Of a stretch of 64,000 nucleotides of DNA, positions 21,001 to 32,129 are shown piece by piece. This DNA comes from Novakomyces olei (lineage: Eukaryota), in the NCBI GenBank assembly GCA_016906335.1, contig JADEYG010000005.1, forward strand, positions 1-64,000. The letters run 5' to 3'. Within the stretch, counting starts at the first letter, position 1, and each line of letters begins with the position of its first letter. The notes beneath the pieces were generated by a model. That model did not search any database. It was not told where the DNA came from and saw nothing but the letters and a program-made list of their open reading frames with translations. The position numbers were made by a program, and so were the translations under genes.

Positions 21001-21571
21001 ACGGCAGTGTCCATCGGCGGACAATCGGATTGATTTCTTGCGAACGCTACATCGCCTTTTACAGATCGAAATCAAGCACGCCATTAGCGATCAAGCACGG
21101 TTTGCTAATACGCACCGTGTCGACAAGAATTTTGAAGTCGGTCAGAAAGTATGGCTAGTGAGAAAGAACATCAGTACCACTAGGCCAAGCGACAAGTTGG
21201 ATTACAGGAAGATTGGACCCTTTACAATCTTGGAACGTATCGGTTTACGTGCATACAAGTTGGATTTACCGAACACGATGAGAATACACCCAGTATTCCA
21301 TGCTTCTTTATTGGAATCGTACAAGTCTACGTCTACGATTGTGCGACAGCAGACAGCACCACCACCACCAATAATAATTGAGAATACACCAGAGTGGGAG
21401 GTAGAGGAAGTGTTGGACTCAAGGAAGCGAAGAAACAAATTGGAATACTTCGTACACTGGAAGGGATACGATAGTGCTAATCGCACTTGGGAGCCGGCAG
21501 GCAATTTGACAAATTGCGACGATTTAGTGAAAGAATTTCACAGATTACACCCGGCTAAGCCGAAGCTATGA
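18023..21571 (+). CDS. pol: Pol polyprotein (PR-RT-RNase H-IN-chromodomain), likely reached by -1 frameshift from gag
   Basis: Same domains as the minus copy. The ORF is in the -1 frame relative to gag, with slippery G GGA AAA at 18023-18029. Confidence 0.95.
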   Translation, partial: GKSERPGPMKRPDLGKQLFRPPEVMTVFTEPDKAKHLTVVVKVKTEDGELNARALIDSGATSNFISEKLASHAFIKLTEKSETEPIRVVDGRTIKSGGIRFHTSEMDISIGEHRERMTFNVIPLRGYDAILGKPWLDKHEPTIGWSRANVEFKSNYCLANCLKCSTLSESMQVSATEFARLARNGESGILCVYATDEQEIKPRVTLPGFYEGYRDLFEKKNADVLPKHQPWDHAIPLAENAKPPFGPIYPLAERELQTLRDYIKENLAKGFIRPSSSPAGAPILFVKKKDGSLRLCVDYRGLNAITVKNRYALPLISELLDRIRQATIFTRLDLRGAYNLVRIRKGDEWKTAFRTRYGHYEYQVMPFGLTNAPASFQALANDTLRDCLDRYVVVYLDDILIYSNTEEEHVEHVRGVLERLRKANLFVKLEKCEFHTDTTEFLGFVISTKGVSMENTKVKSIETWPEPKNVKEVMSFLGLANYYRRFIANYSKITVPLTRLLKKDTKFVFSDECRESFNALKDAFLGAPILVHFDPQKPSFLETDASDFAIGGILSQKDENGDMRPIAFYSRKMTSAETNYDIHDKELLAIVVCLREWRVYLESPLHKTTIYTDHRNLVYFWTARVLNRRQMRWSQLLASYDFVIVYRAGKFNHKADSLSRRSDYVSSEEEEKPERTMVLLDKSQFVFAIEDNKTLAQDIKKCYEKDSICKNIIEELKSKPDAAHLENYTMDKEGLLMFSGLIYIPRDNDLRLSIMQECHDSQTSGHPGQAKTLELVTRNYYWPRMRKDVFNYVESCDTCARSKSSHHAPYGLLHSLRVPTKPWESIAMDFIVKLPVSRDVITGKDYDSIWVIVCRFTKIGIFVPICETMSAKELALLYAHRVFANFGLPEEIISDRGSVFVSHFTKHLLAHCDIKQRLSTAYHPQSDGQTERLNQSLEQYLRIYSNYQQTNWVNLLPFAQFAYNNTEQSSIKATPSYALYGYHPKCRFTIATARQCPSADNRIDFLRTLHRLLQIEIKHAISDQARFANTHRVDKNFEVGQKVWLVRKNISTTRPSDKLDYRKIGPFTILERIGLRAYKLDLPNTMRIHPVFHASLLESYKSTSTIVRQQTAPPPPIIIENTPEWEVEEVLDSRKRRNKLEYFVHWKGYDSANRTWEPAGNLTNCDDLVKEFHRLHPAKPKL

Positions 21572-22779
21572 TGTTTACGTTAATCGCGATACAGGTTACG
21601 TCATTCAACTCACGTAATCTTACGCAATCGCGAGACTCAACTCTTGATTTTTGTTTACGACTGCGATATAATACACAATTCGCACTATTATTTATCGCTA
21701 TTTGGAAAAAACTTTTTTGAAAATCATGCAAAAAAAAATTATTAAAATCGAAAACGATGAAGCTAACACCGCTTCAATCATTTACGGCGTTGACAAATTG
21801 AACGCGACTATTGTTTATTCTATCGCACGACATACACACGTTATACGGAGGAGATACGACAACACTGACCAGGGAGACGACTTGGTTTGCAATTGGAAGA
21901 CAGTATGGTCTACATGTGTTCGTGCTCGCATTTTAATTTTCTTTCCTTACGCAGGGAAATGCGAACATTTATTGATTGATTTGATTTACCCATGCTATTT
22001 TATTGAGACAAGACTGTGGAAGAGTTGCAATGTTCCTTATTATGTTGGAAGCTGGGAAATCTGTTGTTTTTATTTTCGCCTTACTATTGTTGTGGGATAT
22101 TTTATGTTTTGCGGGCGCGGGGACCTCGCCCAAGGGAGGGGGGGATACTGTCATGATCCTCGCCTTGGCGAGTTCCTGACAACCGCGTTGGGAAGCGAGG
22201 GGCGACGCCTGTAGTCGGACTTGGGATGTCCGCGCGTCGCAAGCTTCGCCAACGCGGCCCAAGACCAGTCGGCGCGTAACGCGATGGTCTTGGGACGTAG
22301 AAGTTGTCTTAGTGCGCATGTAGGTACGCGCACTAAGCCAGCTTGGCCCACGGGAGCGAGGGGCTCCATGCACAATGTGCACGGACCTCGCTTCCCGTTC
22401 TCATTCTCGCACGCTAGCGAGTGCGACCCTTCGCACTCCGCTAGCGCGAGAACATTCATAGTTATTTCCATAGACTAGTTTAGGCTGAGAGCTTCCCTCT
22501 CTAACTTGTGCGACCTTCGCATAAGTTAGCCTGGGAAGAGTAGTTTAGAATGCGAAGGAGTATCCGCTCCTCCGCAACTTAGTTTAGTTTATAGTTGCCC
22601 GTGAAGGCCTCTCGCCCTTCACGGGTTGATTATCTCAAAGTGGGAGTAATACATTATATTACTCCTGGTAAGCTTTACAGTAATCGCTTTCTGCTTTCCT
22701 GGTCTTTCTTATTCCTTTACTTTATTTAAACTATACACGGCCGGCCTCCAGCGATTGTAGCTGTAAGGACCGTCTTACA

Positions 22780-23048
22780 CTAGCGTGCGAGAATGAGAAC
22801 GGGAAGCGAGGTCCGTGCACATTGTGCATGGAGCCCCTCGCTCCCGTGGGCCAAGCTGGCTTAGTGCGCGTACCTACATGCGCGCTAAGACAACTTCTAC
22901 GTCCCAAGACCATCGCGTTACGCGCCGACTGGTCTTGGGCCGCGTTGGCGAAGCTTGCGACGCGCGGACATCCCAAGTCCGACTACAGGCGTCGCCCCTC
23001 GCTTCCCAACGCGGTTGTCAGGAACTCGCCAAGGCGAGGATCATGACA
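22780..23048 (-). repeat. Displaced second part of a split chromovirus LTR
   Basis: Matches LTR 9786-10416 from CTAGC to the CATGACA end and is followed by TSD TCATC (23049-23053). Confidence 0.92.
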
Positions 23049-23053
23049 TCATC

Positions 23054-26000
23054 CCTCAATTGAAAGATTGGCATTCCTATCTGGAGTGGAGAATTAAAAT
23101 CAAAATTAGACTTGAATTACATGGCCTTTCATCGCTGCTAGACAATTCTGTCGACACAACTACAGTGTCGAATGTGAGCACACTAATAGTCACGGCTGAA
23201 CTAGTCGAAGCAATAAATGGGGATCTTCTTGGACCCCGAATCGAAGGGCTCAAAACCCCTCAAAAACTATTTGAACTACTGGACACCGAATTCGAAAAAA
23301 GAAAGCATCAAGTGACCGAATCCATTGTATCAAAATTTATGAATCCGTCGAAACTATGGAATGGAGACCCGGAAAACTTTATTACGGAATACAGAAAACA
23401 AATCGTAAATTTAGTTCGACTCGGCTACACGGAACTCACCTACTTTGCCTATTGCGGCATACTTTCTGCAATACCTCGCGACATTGCAAATACAATCCGA
23501 CACAACGTGAGCTCCACTATTAATTCTGAGACCCACGTATTTGATCTACTGACCTTATCGATAATGAACTAATTTATTACACAATGGATAAGACTTCCTA
23601 TTCCGGAAATGGAGCCCACCATATTCCTGTTCGAGGAGAAGAATCTACCTATCATATCAACAGATCAAATCAAAATTTCAAAAGTGGAAACAATGGATAT
23701 AGCGATAAGGCTGAGAGACAGTCTAAAAAGTCTGTTAACAAATGCGGTTACTGCGATAAGAATGGCCACAAAACAAATGACTGCTTTAAGAATCCTAATG
23801 GGAAAAACGCAAGATACTGTAACAATTGCAGAATATATGGACATTTGACAAAAGATTGCAGAAAACATGAATACAAAAATTCAAAAAAACAATCGGTGTA
23901 TAACGTAAAGATTAACAATACTGAGCCTATCCTGTGACTAGGTAACAAAGGGACACCTGGAGATATCACTGAGTGGATTCTCGATACAGGGGCCACTAGT
24001 CACATATGCTCAGATATCAAATACTTTAATAAAATAAATTACATCAGATCTACTATTCAAACAGGGAAGGACAATTGCTCTCCCGTATCAGGAATTGGAA
24101 CAATAATTTTAAAAGTTAGGGATGACCTGGGATCAACGTTGATCCTATCAAACGTCTTATATGCCCCTAAGTACGGCACAAATTTATTCAATCCGCTCAT
24201 TCTACAGGCATTCAGTGGAAAAAATTCCATGACAATTGCCGAATCTAAGTTAACGTTAATGAGCAACGCAAAACCAATTATGCGACTCAAGAAAAATAAT
24301 AATATATTTTATTTCACTGCAAAACCAATCTATCATAACGAATACATTTCAAATTCTGTTACTGAAGATAGTGCCGAAAAGGCAAAACTGTGGCACGAAA
24401 GGCTAGGCCACACAAATAAACAGTACCTGCTAGAGCTGATAAACGGAAAAGCCACAGGGAAAATACAATTAATTAAAATCAACGATATTGAACCATGTCA
24501 TACATGTACAACAGCAAATATAACTCGGGAACCCTTCCCAAATACGGGGAGAAGCAGACCAACAGGTCTATTTGACCTGGTGCACAGCGACGTGTGCGGG
24601 CCTATCAATCTAAATTCTGAATTTAATTACAAATACTTCGTTACATTTATAGAAGACCTGTCGGGCTTCACGTTCATAAAATTGATGAAGAATAAAAATG
24701 AAGTCACCCAAATCTTCGCAGAGTTAATTCCATTTGTTAAAACACAATTTGGAAAAATGATAAAAACATTAAGAACAGACAACGGTCTGGAATACATCAA
24801 TGCCGAAATGCATGAACTGTGCAAAAAACATGGCATTATACACCAAACTAGCACCGCTTACACTCCACAGCAAAATGGAGTAGCGGAACGCGCAAATCGA
24901 ACAATATTATCGAAGGCACGAAGCCTACTACTAGCACGCAAAGTCCCGATAAAATTCTGGAGTGATGCTGTGGTCACTAGTTGCTACCTGAAAAATCGAC
25001 TACCAACTAGAATAGCACCAAAGACTCCGTACGAAACAATCTACAAAAGACCTCCGAATCTGGACAATCTGAAAGTGTTTGGTTGCTTGGCAATAGCACT
25101 GGACAAGCACGCCAATAACAAAACCAAGCTGGAACAAAGAGGAGATGAATACATTTTTATCGGCTACTCTGAAACACAGAAAGGCTACATACTGTCCAAT
25201 CTCAAAAATGGGAAAAGAGTCGTATCTCGAAATGTCAAATTCCTTGAAAACGAACAGATTAATAATTCCACTGCTACTGATTATAATGAAAATCAAATAT
25301 ACAGCGAACTTACATACAAAAATAATACTGAAGCCGATACGGAGAATAAAAGGGACCACGACACACTCATCCCACGCAAGGGATCAACACAACTATAATT
25401 GACAATCTACCAAAGCTAAGTAGTGAACTGTCAAACAAGGTACCTGAACAAATCAAATCGCCAAATAGTCTATCAAATACTCTCGAAACGCCCCAAACTC
25501 CGCCTGATGATACGTTAAATATTAACAAAAATTCTGAAAATCCACGCAAGCCAATTCTGAGGAAAATCAGTCATCTGACAACCTAAAGGACTCGATCGAA
25601 GACTCAACAGAGCCAAGTGGAAATAAATCAAATACAGACGATGAGGAAAGTGACGACCCTCAATCAAACATGGAAATTGACAATAATTTAAAGAACATTG
25701 AATCAGAAAATAATTCTATAATTGAAATAGAAGAGGAACCAAGCCTAGAGCTTATCAGCCCAGGAAATCAACCTGCGCGAAAAAGAAAAACGTCATCAGA
25801 GCAACTAGGAACGAAAAATTCAGAAAAATAGACCCGCTGCAGGAAATCCTTTCTGGTGAAAGAAAATTAAATCTGAAGGGATCTCCAAAGAAAAATTGAA
25901 GAAAATCCTTTCCCCCCTTTTCCTTAAAAATGGTCAAAGGAAAAATTAAACAGACCCAAAGGAGGCGTTAATCACATTGAAGCTCCTGACATTGAGCCTC

Positions 26001-27520
26001 AAAATTACAATGAAGCCGTCACTGGGCCATTTGGGAATCAGTGGAAAGAAGCAATAAATAAAGAACTAAAAGCAATGGAAAGAAATGAAGTATGGAAAAT
26101 CGTTCCCCAATCACAAAATATACGTACAGTTGGATGCAGATGGGTGTTTAAACTGAAACAAGGAGAACAGTCGAATGAAATAATTAGAAAAGCAAGACTA
26201 GTAGCACAAGGGTACTCACAGATTTTTGGAAAAGACTATGAAGATACATACGCCCCAGTCGCTCGTCCTGACAGCATACGGTGGTTATTAGCTTACAGCG
26301 TAATTAAAAATTATGAAATCTATCAAATCGACGTGGATACAGCCTTCCTATATGGTACACTAAAGGAGTCAGTGTACATGAAAATACCCGATGGAGTGAA
26401 AATTAAACCCGGCCTTGTCCTAAAATTAAACAAAAGTCTCTATGGTCTCAAACAGGCACCAAGATCGTGGAACAGTGAACTGGATTCTACATTGACAAAA
26501 TACGGTCTAACAAAATCAAACAAAGATTCTGCCATATATTACAATGACTCTTTAATTATTGCTGTCTACGTAGATGACCTCATGATCGTCGAAAAACAGA
26601 AAGGAAAGAGACTTGAATTGAATCCTTTTTGAAAACATTTTACTCCATCAAGTCACTTGGAAAAATAAAGAGATATCTTGGTATGGACATTACATATGAT
26701 CGCGACAAAGGAATACTCAAATTGTCACAGTCACAATTTGCTAAGTCAATTATACGCACTTACGGAGACACTAACCTAAAATACATAAGTCAGCCCATCA
26801 CAAACATCAATTCACTCTATCATCCCGCGGATGAAAATATGATTGTCTGGAAATCTATCCAACTATTATAGGAAAATTAATATATTTGACCGAATGGACA
26901 AGACCAGACCTCAGATTTGCAATAAGTATGTTAAGCAAACATACAAAAAGACAAAATGAAGAACAAATACAGGCCTTAAAACACACTATGAGATATCTAA
27001 ACGCTACACTGGACACATGCATCACCTACACTAGAGAAAATGATCTACAGATACACTCGTGGGGCGACTCTGATTTCGCCGGAGACACTTGCGACAGAAA
27101 ATCCCGATCAGGATACGTGTCTCACTAGGAAAAAATAACGGCCCAATAGCCTGGAACTCGCAAAAGCAAAAAATTGTAACACCAAGTACAATGATGGCGG
27201 AGTTCGAAGCTATGAAACTAACAGTCAATCAAGCCTTGTACTACAAATATCTAATGGACGAAATTAATAAAGGGCCCGATAACATCCCAATCGTCTACTG
27301 CGATAACAACGCCTGCATATTACTTGCAACTAATGGTGGAAACTACCAGGGTTCAAAACATCTAAGTAACACCTGCTACTATGTGATGGATATTGTGAGA
27401 AATGGACTGATAAGCATACAGAGATGCCCCTCACGAAACATGAAGGCAGATGGATTGACCAAGAACCTACTTGGAAACAAATTCACTAAATTTACAAAAA
27501 TGCTATACAATGAAGAATAA
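23054..27520 (+). pseudogene. Copia gag-pol remainder with several frameshifts
   Basis: Two CCHC knuckles (CGYCDKNGHKTNDC, CNNCRIYGHLTKDC), WILDTGATSH protease, WHERLGH/HSDVCGP/RTDNGLEY/QNGVAER integrase, KARLVAQG/LYGLKQAP/YVDDL RT, DSDFAGD/YCDN/ADGLTK RNase H. These are split over different frames near 23550, 25400, 26630, 26870 and 27120. Confidence 0.9.
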
Positions 27521-27572
27521 CAAAAAAAAAAAATACAAGAATACAAAAAGGAAATAAAAGATTCAAGGGGAG

Positions 27573-27599
27573 TGTTGAAATATGAATCTATTATCCCCT

Positions 27600-27655
<56 letters not shown>

Positions 27656-27868
27656 ACTCGCCGACTCACTGACCGGCTAAGACAACTCAACCATAAGTGT
27701 CAGTTGTTTGACTTTTAGCTTTACAGAATACTCACTCAAAAATACATAGTTACATATATATAGCTCAAGCGAACCCTCACACCCTCGGGGGATTCAGCTG
27801 AAGCAATCTAGAGTATCTAATTCAATTAATCTACCATAAGAGCAAATTCCAACCTTCTATATTCAACA
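27573..27868 (+). repeat. Copia 3' LTR (296 bp) containing (ATA)18
   Basis: Direct repeat of 9323-9621, followed by TSD GTTTT. Confidence 0.95.
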
Positions 27869-28371
27869 GTTTTCTATTTAAATCACTAAACGTAGATCAA
27901 TCCTAAGTATTATTTTGATTATTTCCGACAGTCTGCAATGAACACGATAGAATGCATCTTTTTAAACTATTAATATTTTCGTTTATGCACGAGTTTTACA
28001 GTTTATCCATGAAGGTTGCGCGCGTGAGACGGCATCGTTACTTTGCCTACCAAAATCAAGAGACGAAATCTTTTGTTGTCCGTGTTGTAAATAATGCAAG
28101 GTGCTCATGAGACACTTGTTGCGCTTGTTTAGTAATCGCTTCGATGACTGCACGATTGAGCTTGCACATTTCGATACGTTATGTAATCTATTACAGTTTG
28201 GCCATAAAGATTTCAACTAATACGGTGAGACGGCGTGCAAACGGCCAAATTGATCACGTCAAAACCTCCACGTTCTACAATCCACTCTTGAACAAACTAC
28301 AAATAATCACATGCGAATGGAACATAAATCTCGATAAAAAGGCCACAATCTAACCTGAATGTTGAACCTCT

Positions 28372-29957
28372 CTATACATCGTGGAGCAAACGCGTTAAAA
28401 TATCAGGGCACTCTCTTTCACTTGCAGCTATGGCATCAGCAAGCAATTGAGCAGCGTGCAAAACTTTTGCGTCCTCACTTTGCCGCAGGCGCTTTAGTGT
28501 CTCGAGCAGACGGTCGCGCTTATCTAAATGAAAAGTTGATTCTGACAGCGATAGCCAGTCGTCACTTGTCTGTTCAGCAACTTTAGGTTTACTTTCATTG
28601 GTATCTTTTCCCTTATTCAAGCCAGTAACCGTCATTGTCCTATTTAAAGCGTCGGTAGCTTTTGGCTGCTCGGTGAGTGCAGGCTTGATTGTGGTATCCT
28701 CGGAAATCTGCAGGTGTTGCAGCACTGTAGGATCCAACTCATCATCAAGTTCAAGGGCAGGTGTAGGCTTTACGGGACTTTGTGCAGTGTTTCCATTACG
28801 CACTGTACCAAAATCCCATAAATCATCTGCTATCTGGGGATCAAAACTGTCCTCTTTAACCTGCCTTTCACCCGCTTTTGGCTCCTTTTTCGCTATTTGT
28901 GACCGTACACGGCCATAGCGACCACGCCAAGCCAAAAACGACTGTACTAGTTCAGCCAAATTTGCAGACTTTCTCACTCGTGAGACAAACTTGTGCTTTA
29001 AAAGCTGTGCAGCAGATGGACGGTACCTTGGGTCACGAGCCAGGCACTGAGCGACAAAATCCTGAAAGCTGGATGAGAAGTTCTGAGGCAGCCGAGGAGG
29101 CGGCTGCTTGGGAATTAAAAACAGTGCCTTCATAGGATGCTTGTCTGCGTGCGGAGGAGCACCCAGTGCCAGCTCAATTGCTGTGATCCCAAGCGACCAG
29201 ATATCGGCTTTTTCATCGTGGCCCGATTGGCGAATAACCTCGGGAGCCATCCAGAACGGAGTGCCAACAAACGTGTTTTTTTTGTCAAAAGTCGCAGACA
29301 ATTGGCCAGAAACACCAAAATCAGCCAATTTCGCTGTTCCTTGCTCCGTTAATAAAATATTTGCCGCTGTTATTAGTACCACGATTTGGAAAAAGACCCA
29401 CCTTTTATGTCGCGGTGCAGTTTCCCCTCACTGTGCAGATACTGTAGGCCCAATAGCACGTCTCGCATTATAGTAGCAATGTGCTCTTCCGCAATGGCAG
29501 AAAAGGCCTTTAGCTATCGGTCAGCCACGAAACTTACAAGGCACATACGATATCGAGGCAGGATCCCCCGCGACAAAATTCCATGACAATCTTTAGTTAG
29601 TCTTTATCCAATACAATACACAAACCCATAGTTCTGTGCCTTTTATAAAACTGCCATAGTATCTAATGTTAGATTCAGAATTAAAGCCATGTTACCTTGT
29701 AAAGTTTCTGGCAGACAACTGAGCAAGCATTTGCACCTCCAATGCAATCTCTTCCACTTCGTCTTCTGCTGCCTCAAAATCAATTATCTTAATGGCTACA
29801 GCTGCGTTTGTCCGACGGTCAATGCTAAACAAGTTAGCTATAGGGAAAAGTTTAGTATGCAATTACCGCCTCACCCTCTGTAGACGGCGCCGAAGCTGCC
29901 AGAGCCAAGCAGCTCTTTTTTTTCTATTAAAAGCTCCGGGTCAGTCGTGCTGTTCAT
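28372..29957 (-). CDS. STE20-family (GCK/MST3-, Sid1/Ppk11-like) Ser/Thr protein kinase, multi-exon
   Basis: ATG at 29957 leads to [13 protein letters not shown]. Short exons give AVAIKII, WIVMEFC and LHRDIK; the last exon has [32 protein letters not shown] and [15 protein letters not shown]. Confidence 0.9.
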
Positions 29958-30086
29958 TGTTGAAATAGTGTGTTCTCGCGTTATCAGTCAATCAACGATA
30001 TTATGTAGCAGACAGCTTGCGTATATATAAATTCGCGTTTTGAATTTGTAATTATATGAGATTGTACGTGGTCACGTGACTGGCAT

Positions 30087-30297
30087 CTTTTTAAGTGTTA
30101 ATTGTTTTAATTAACCCCATACAATAAACCCCACATACATTATTGTATAAAGTCTTCGTTAAATATTTTCCAAAGTACCGAATAACCCTGACATAACTAA
30201 CCCTTTTTAGGTGTTAATTGTTTTAATTAAACCCCATACAATAAACCCCACATACATTATTGTATAAAGTCTTCGTTAAATATTTCCCAAAGTACCG
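30087..30297. repeat. ~94-bp direct repeat (30087-30180, 30203-30297) separated by telomere-type sequence
   Basis: The copies differ by two substitutions and one indel by eye. The spacer TAACCCTGACATAACTAACCC matches the variant telomere units at 108-128. Confidence 0.9.
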
Positions 30298-30558
30298 CAT
30301 TATTCGGTTTGGAATATGTATAGGGCTTCTTTTTGACCTGTACATATAATAATTTAACAGAAATGTAGACATGTTGCTAAAAGGGAAGTTTCTAGTTATT
30401 CATATAGCAGAAATAATAAAATTATAATTAAATCTGTTAGTATTCTTATTAGCCCAATTTTAGATTCCGCGAAAAGTCACGTGGTACAAAGTCATGTGCG
30501 TGTCTAAATTTTGCGCCATACGAAACAGCAGTGAAATAGTGCATTTGAGGCCTTTACG

Positions 30559-31509
30559 ATGAAACTTCCATGGGCGCCAAATAATAAAAGCTGCTCATTT
30601 TCTGATTTAGAAAAGGATGAAATTAAACTACTCTTTCCACCGAATTACGAGTCGCACGGCTTTGGGATTGGTACATCTGCTATTAATACATTTATTGATC
30701 TATACTAAACATCAAGATTGCTTTATTCCGGAGCAGGAAGACACGGGAGGCCAGAAATCCCTATTGCGTAAGTATTGGTATCGACATCTAAAATTGGTTT
30801 TAATTGTTCGCAGAACGCTTTCAAGATTTCGGTCGGCCTATCGTATTTGGTACTGCATTGGTTTTGGCAACAGTGAACGTCATATTGGCAGTTTTGCTAA
30901 GAAATAACATACTGTCCCTGTGCCTTAGGCAGCTTATGGCCATCTTTTTCTTCAATCTTCGCATCTGCGCTGCTTACGGACCAGATTCGCCAGTCGCGAA
31001 TCCTCGAAACGGTTGTGAGTTCTGTATTCGGAGGGCTGTTCGTGTCAGCAGTTGCGGCCTATACAGGACACAGCGTGCACTTGAATTTGGGAGGATCGTT
31101 TTCAGACACTTTAATTTATGTCGACCTAATGTTGCTTTCGCTGAAAAGATGCCATACACTGACTTCTTGGGTTAGGATCAGTATTACGAGTACTATAGGG
31201 GCCTTATGTCAGGCTATAGGGGCCTATTGTCGGGAAATAGTTTCAAGAGATGCAGAAATTAATGCTCTATTTGAGCAAGGCTTGCCAGTAAACAATAGTA
31301 ATGGGGCTACGGGGTCTTCTTTGGGATCGGCAAACGCCCATGAGTTACAGGAAATAGGACAGGGATCTTCAACTCGAAATGAAACGAATCTGTCACATCA
31401 CGAGCCACCGGATTCAGGATCCGAATATCTGGATGGAAGCGAGAGTCATTCTGTAGTTGAATTGCCAAGTACACGGCGCTCTCGAAGAATTGCCGCCCAA
31501 TCAAACTAG
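30559..31509 (+). CDS. Hypothetical membrane protein, probably multi-exon; structure uncertain
   Basis: Consecutive hydrophobic ORF pieces (PIVFGTALVLATVNVILAVLL; SSVFGGLFVSAVAAY) and a Ser/Glu-rich tail, with an intron-like GTACAT..TACTAA..AAG near 30670-30717. Confidence 0.35.
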
Positions 31510-32129
31510 CGAAGCTTTAGGTCCTACACTGGCTTCGTTTAACAAGCAGCTGATTTCTATTATTTATAATTATTCTCTAGTCAGCTTGGATAGGTTCCAG
31601 GAGTGAGGGCTATTTCGCATTTCTACCATGGACACTATTTCGTTTTCCAATAAGCGTTGCTTTATTTAGTTTACAGCATTTTAGTTCCAGGGGAGTTTTT
31701 GGTATCATATATCTGCTTTAATTGAACTTTCAAGTTGGCATTCTCTATCAAATTTTAAATGTATTTTCCATTGCAATTGTAAACTTCCTTTTTGTCAGGG
31801 GCCCAATTATACATTTTATATCGGAAATACAGCTTCGATTAATTTTAGTAGTTTTTCATCTTTTATCTTTTAGAATTACCACAATCAACTATATACTAAG
31901 CTAAGCGCCTCCGCTACCGCTATCTCATATGCTCGCATGTGTTGGGATTGCCAGCACATGCAAGTTACACAAAATGGAATTTCTCCATAATTCCCGTCTT
32001 GAATATATCTAGTATTGGTAACTAACCCTAACCCTGTATTAATAGTTTTTACAAAGGGTAGGTAAATTTAATATAAGATTAAAACGTGCGCGTACGCTTG
32101 ATTACTTCTTGAAATTGCTAGAGCTGTTC

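Larger units (their letters stand above)
16416..22779 (+). mobile_element. Ty3/gypsy chromovirus, plus-strand copy (partial 5' LTR 16416-16781, full 3' LTR 22149-22779)
   Basis: Near-exact reverse complement of 9786-16151. Primer site at 16784-16796; PPT AAGGGAGGGGGGG just before 22149. Confidence 0.95.
9323..27868 (+). mobile_element. Ty1/copia LTR retrotransposon, interrupted in gag by a nested Ty3/gypsy cluster
   Basis: LTRs 9323-9621 and 27573-27868 (TGTTG...CAACA), 5-bp TSD GTTTT on both sides, PBS GGTTATGAGCC at 9622, polypurine tract before 27573. Domain order is gag-PR-IN-RT-RH. Confidence 0.95.

Noticed and set aside
22955-23053. Apparent LTR-gag fusion start of the 205-aa ORF
   Set aside because: Chance open frame through the LTR end; the real copia gag start is at 9714.
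27379-27690. Poly-Tyr ORF
   Set aside because: Antisense translation of the (ATA)n microsatellite in the LTR.
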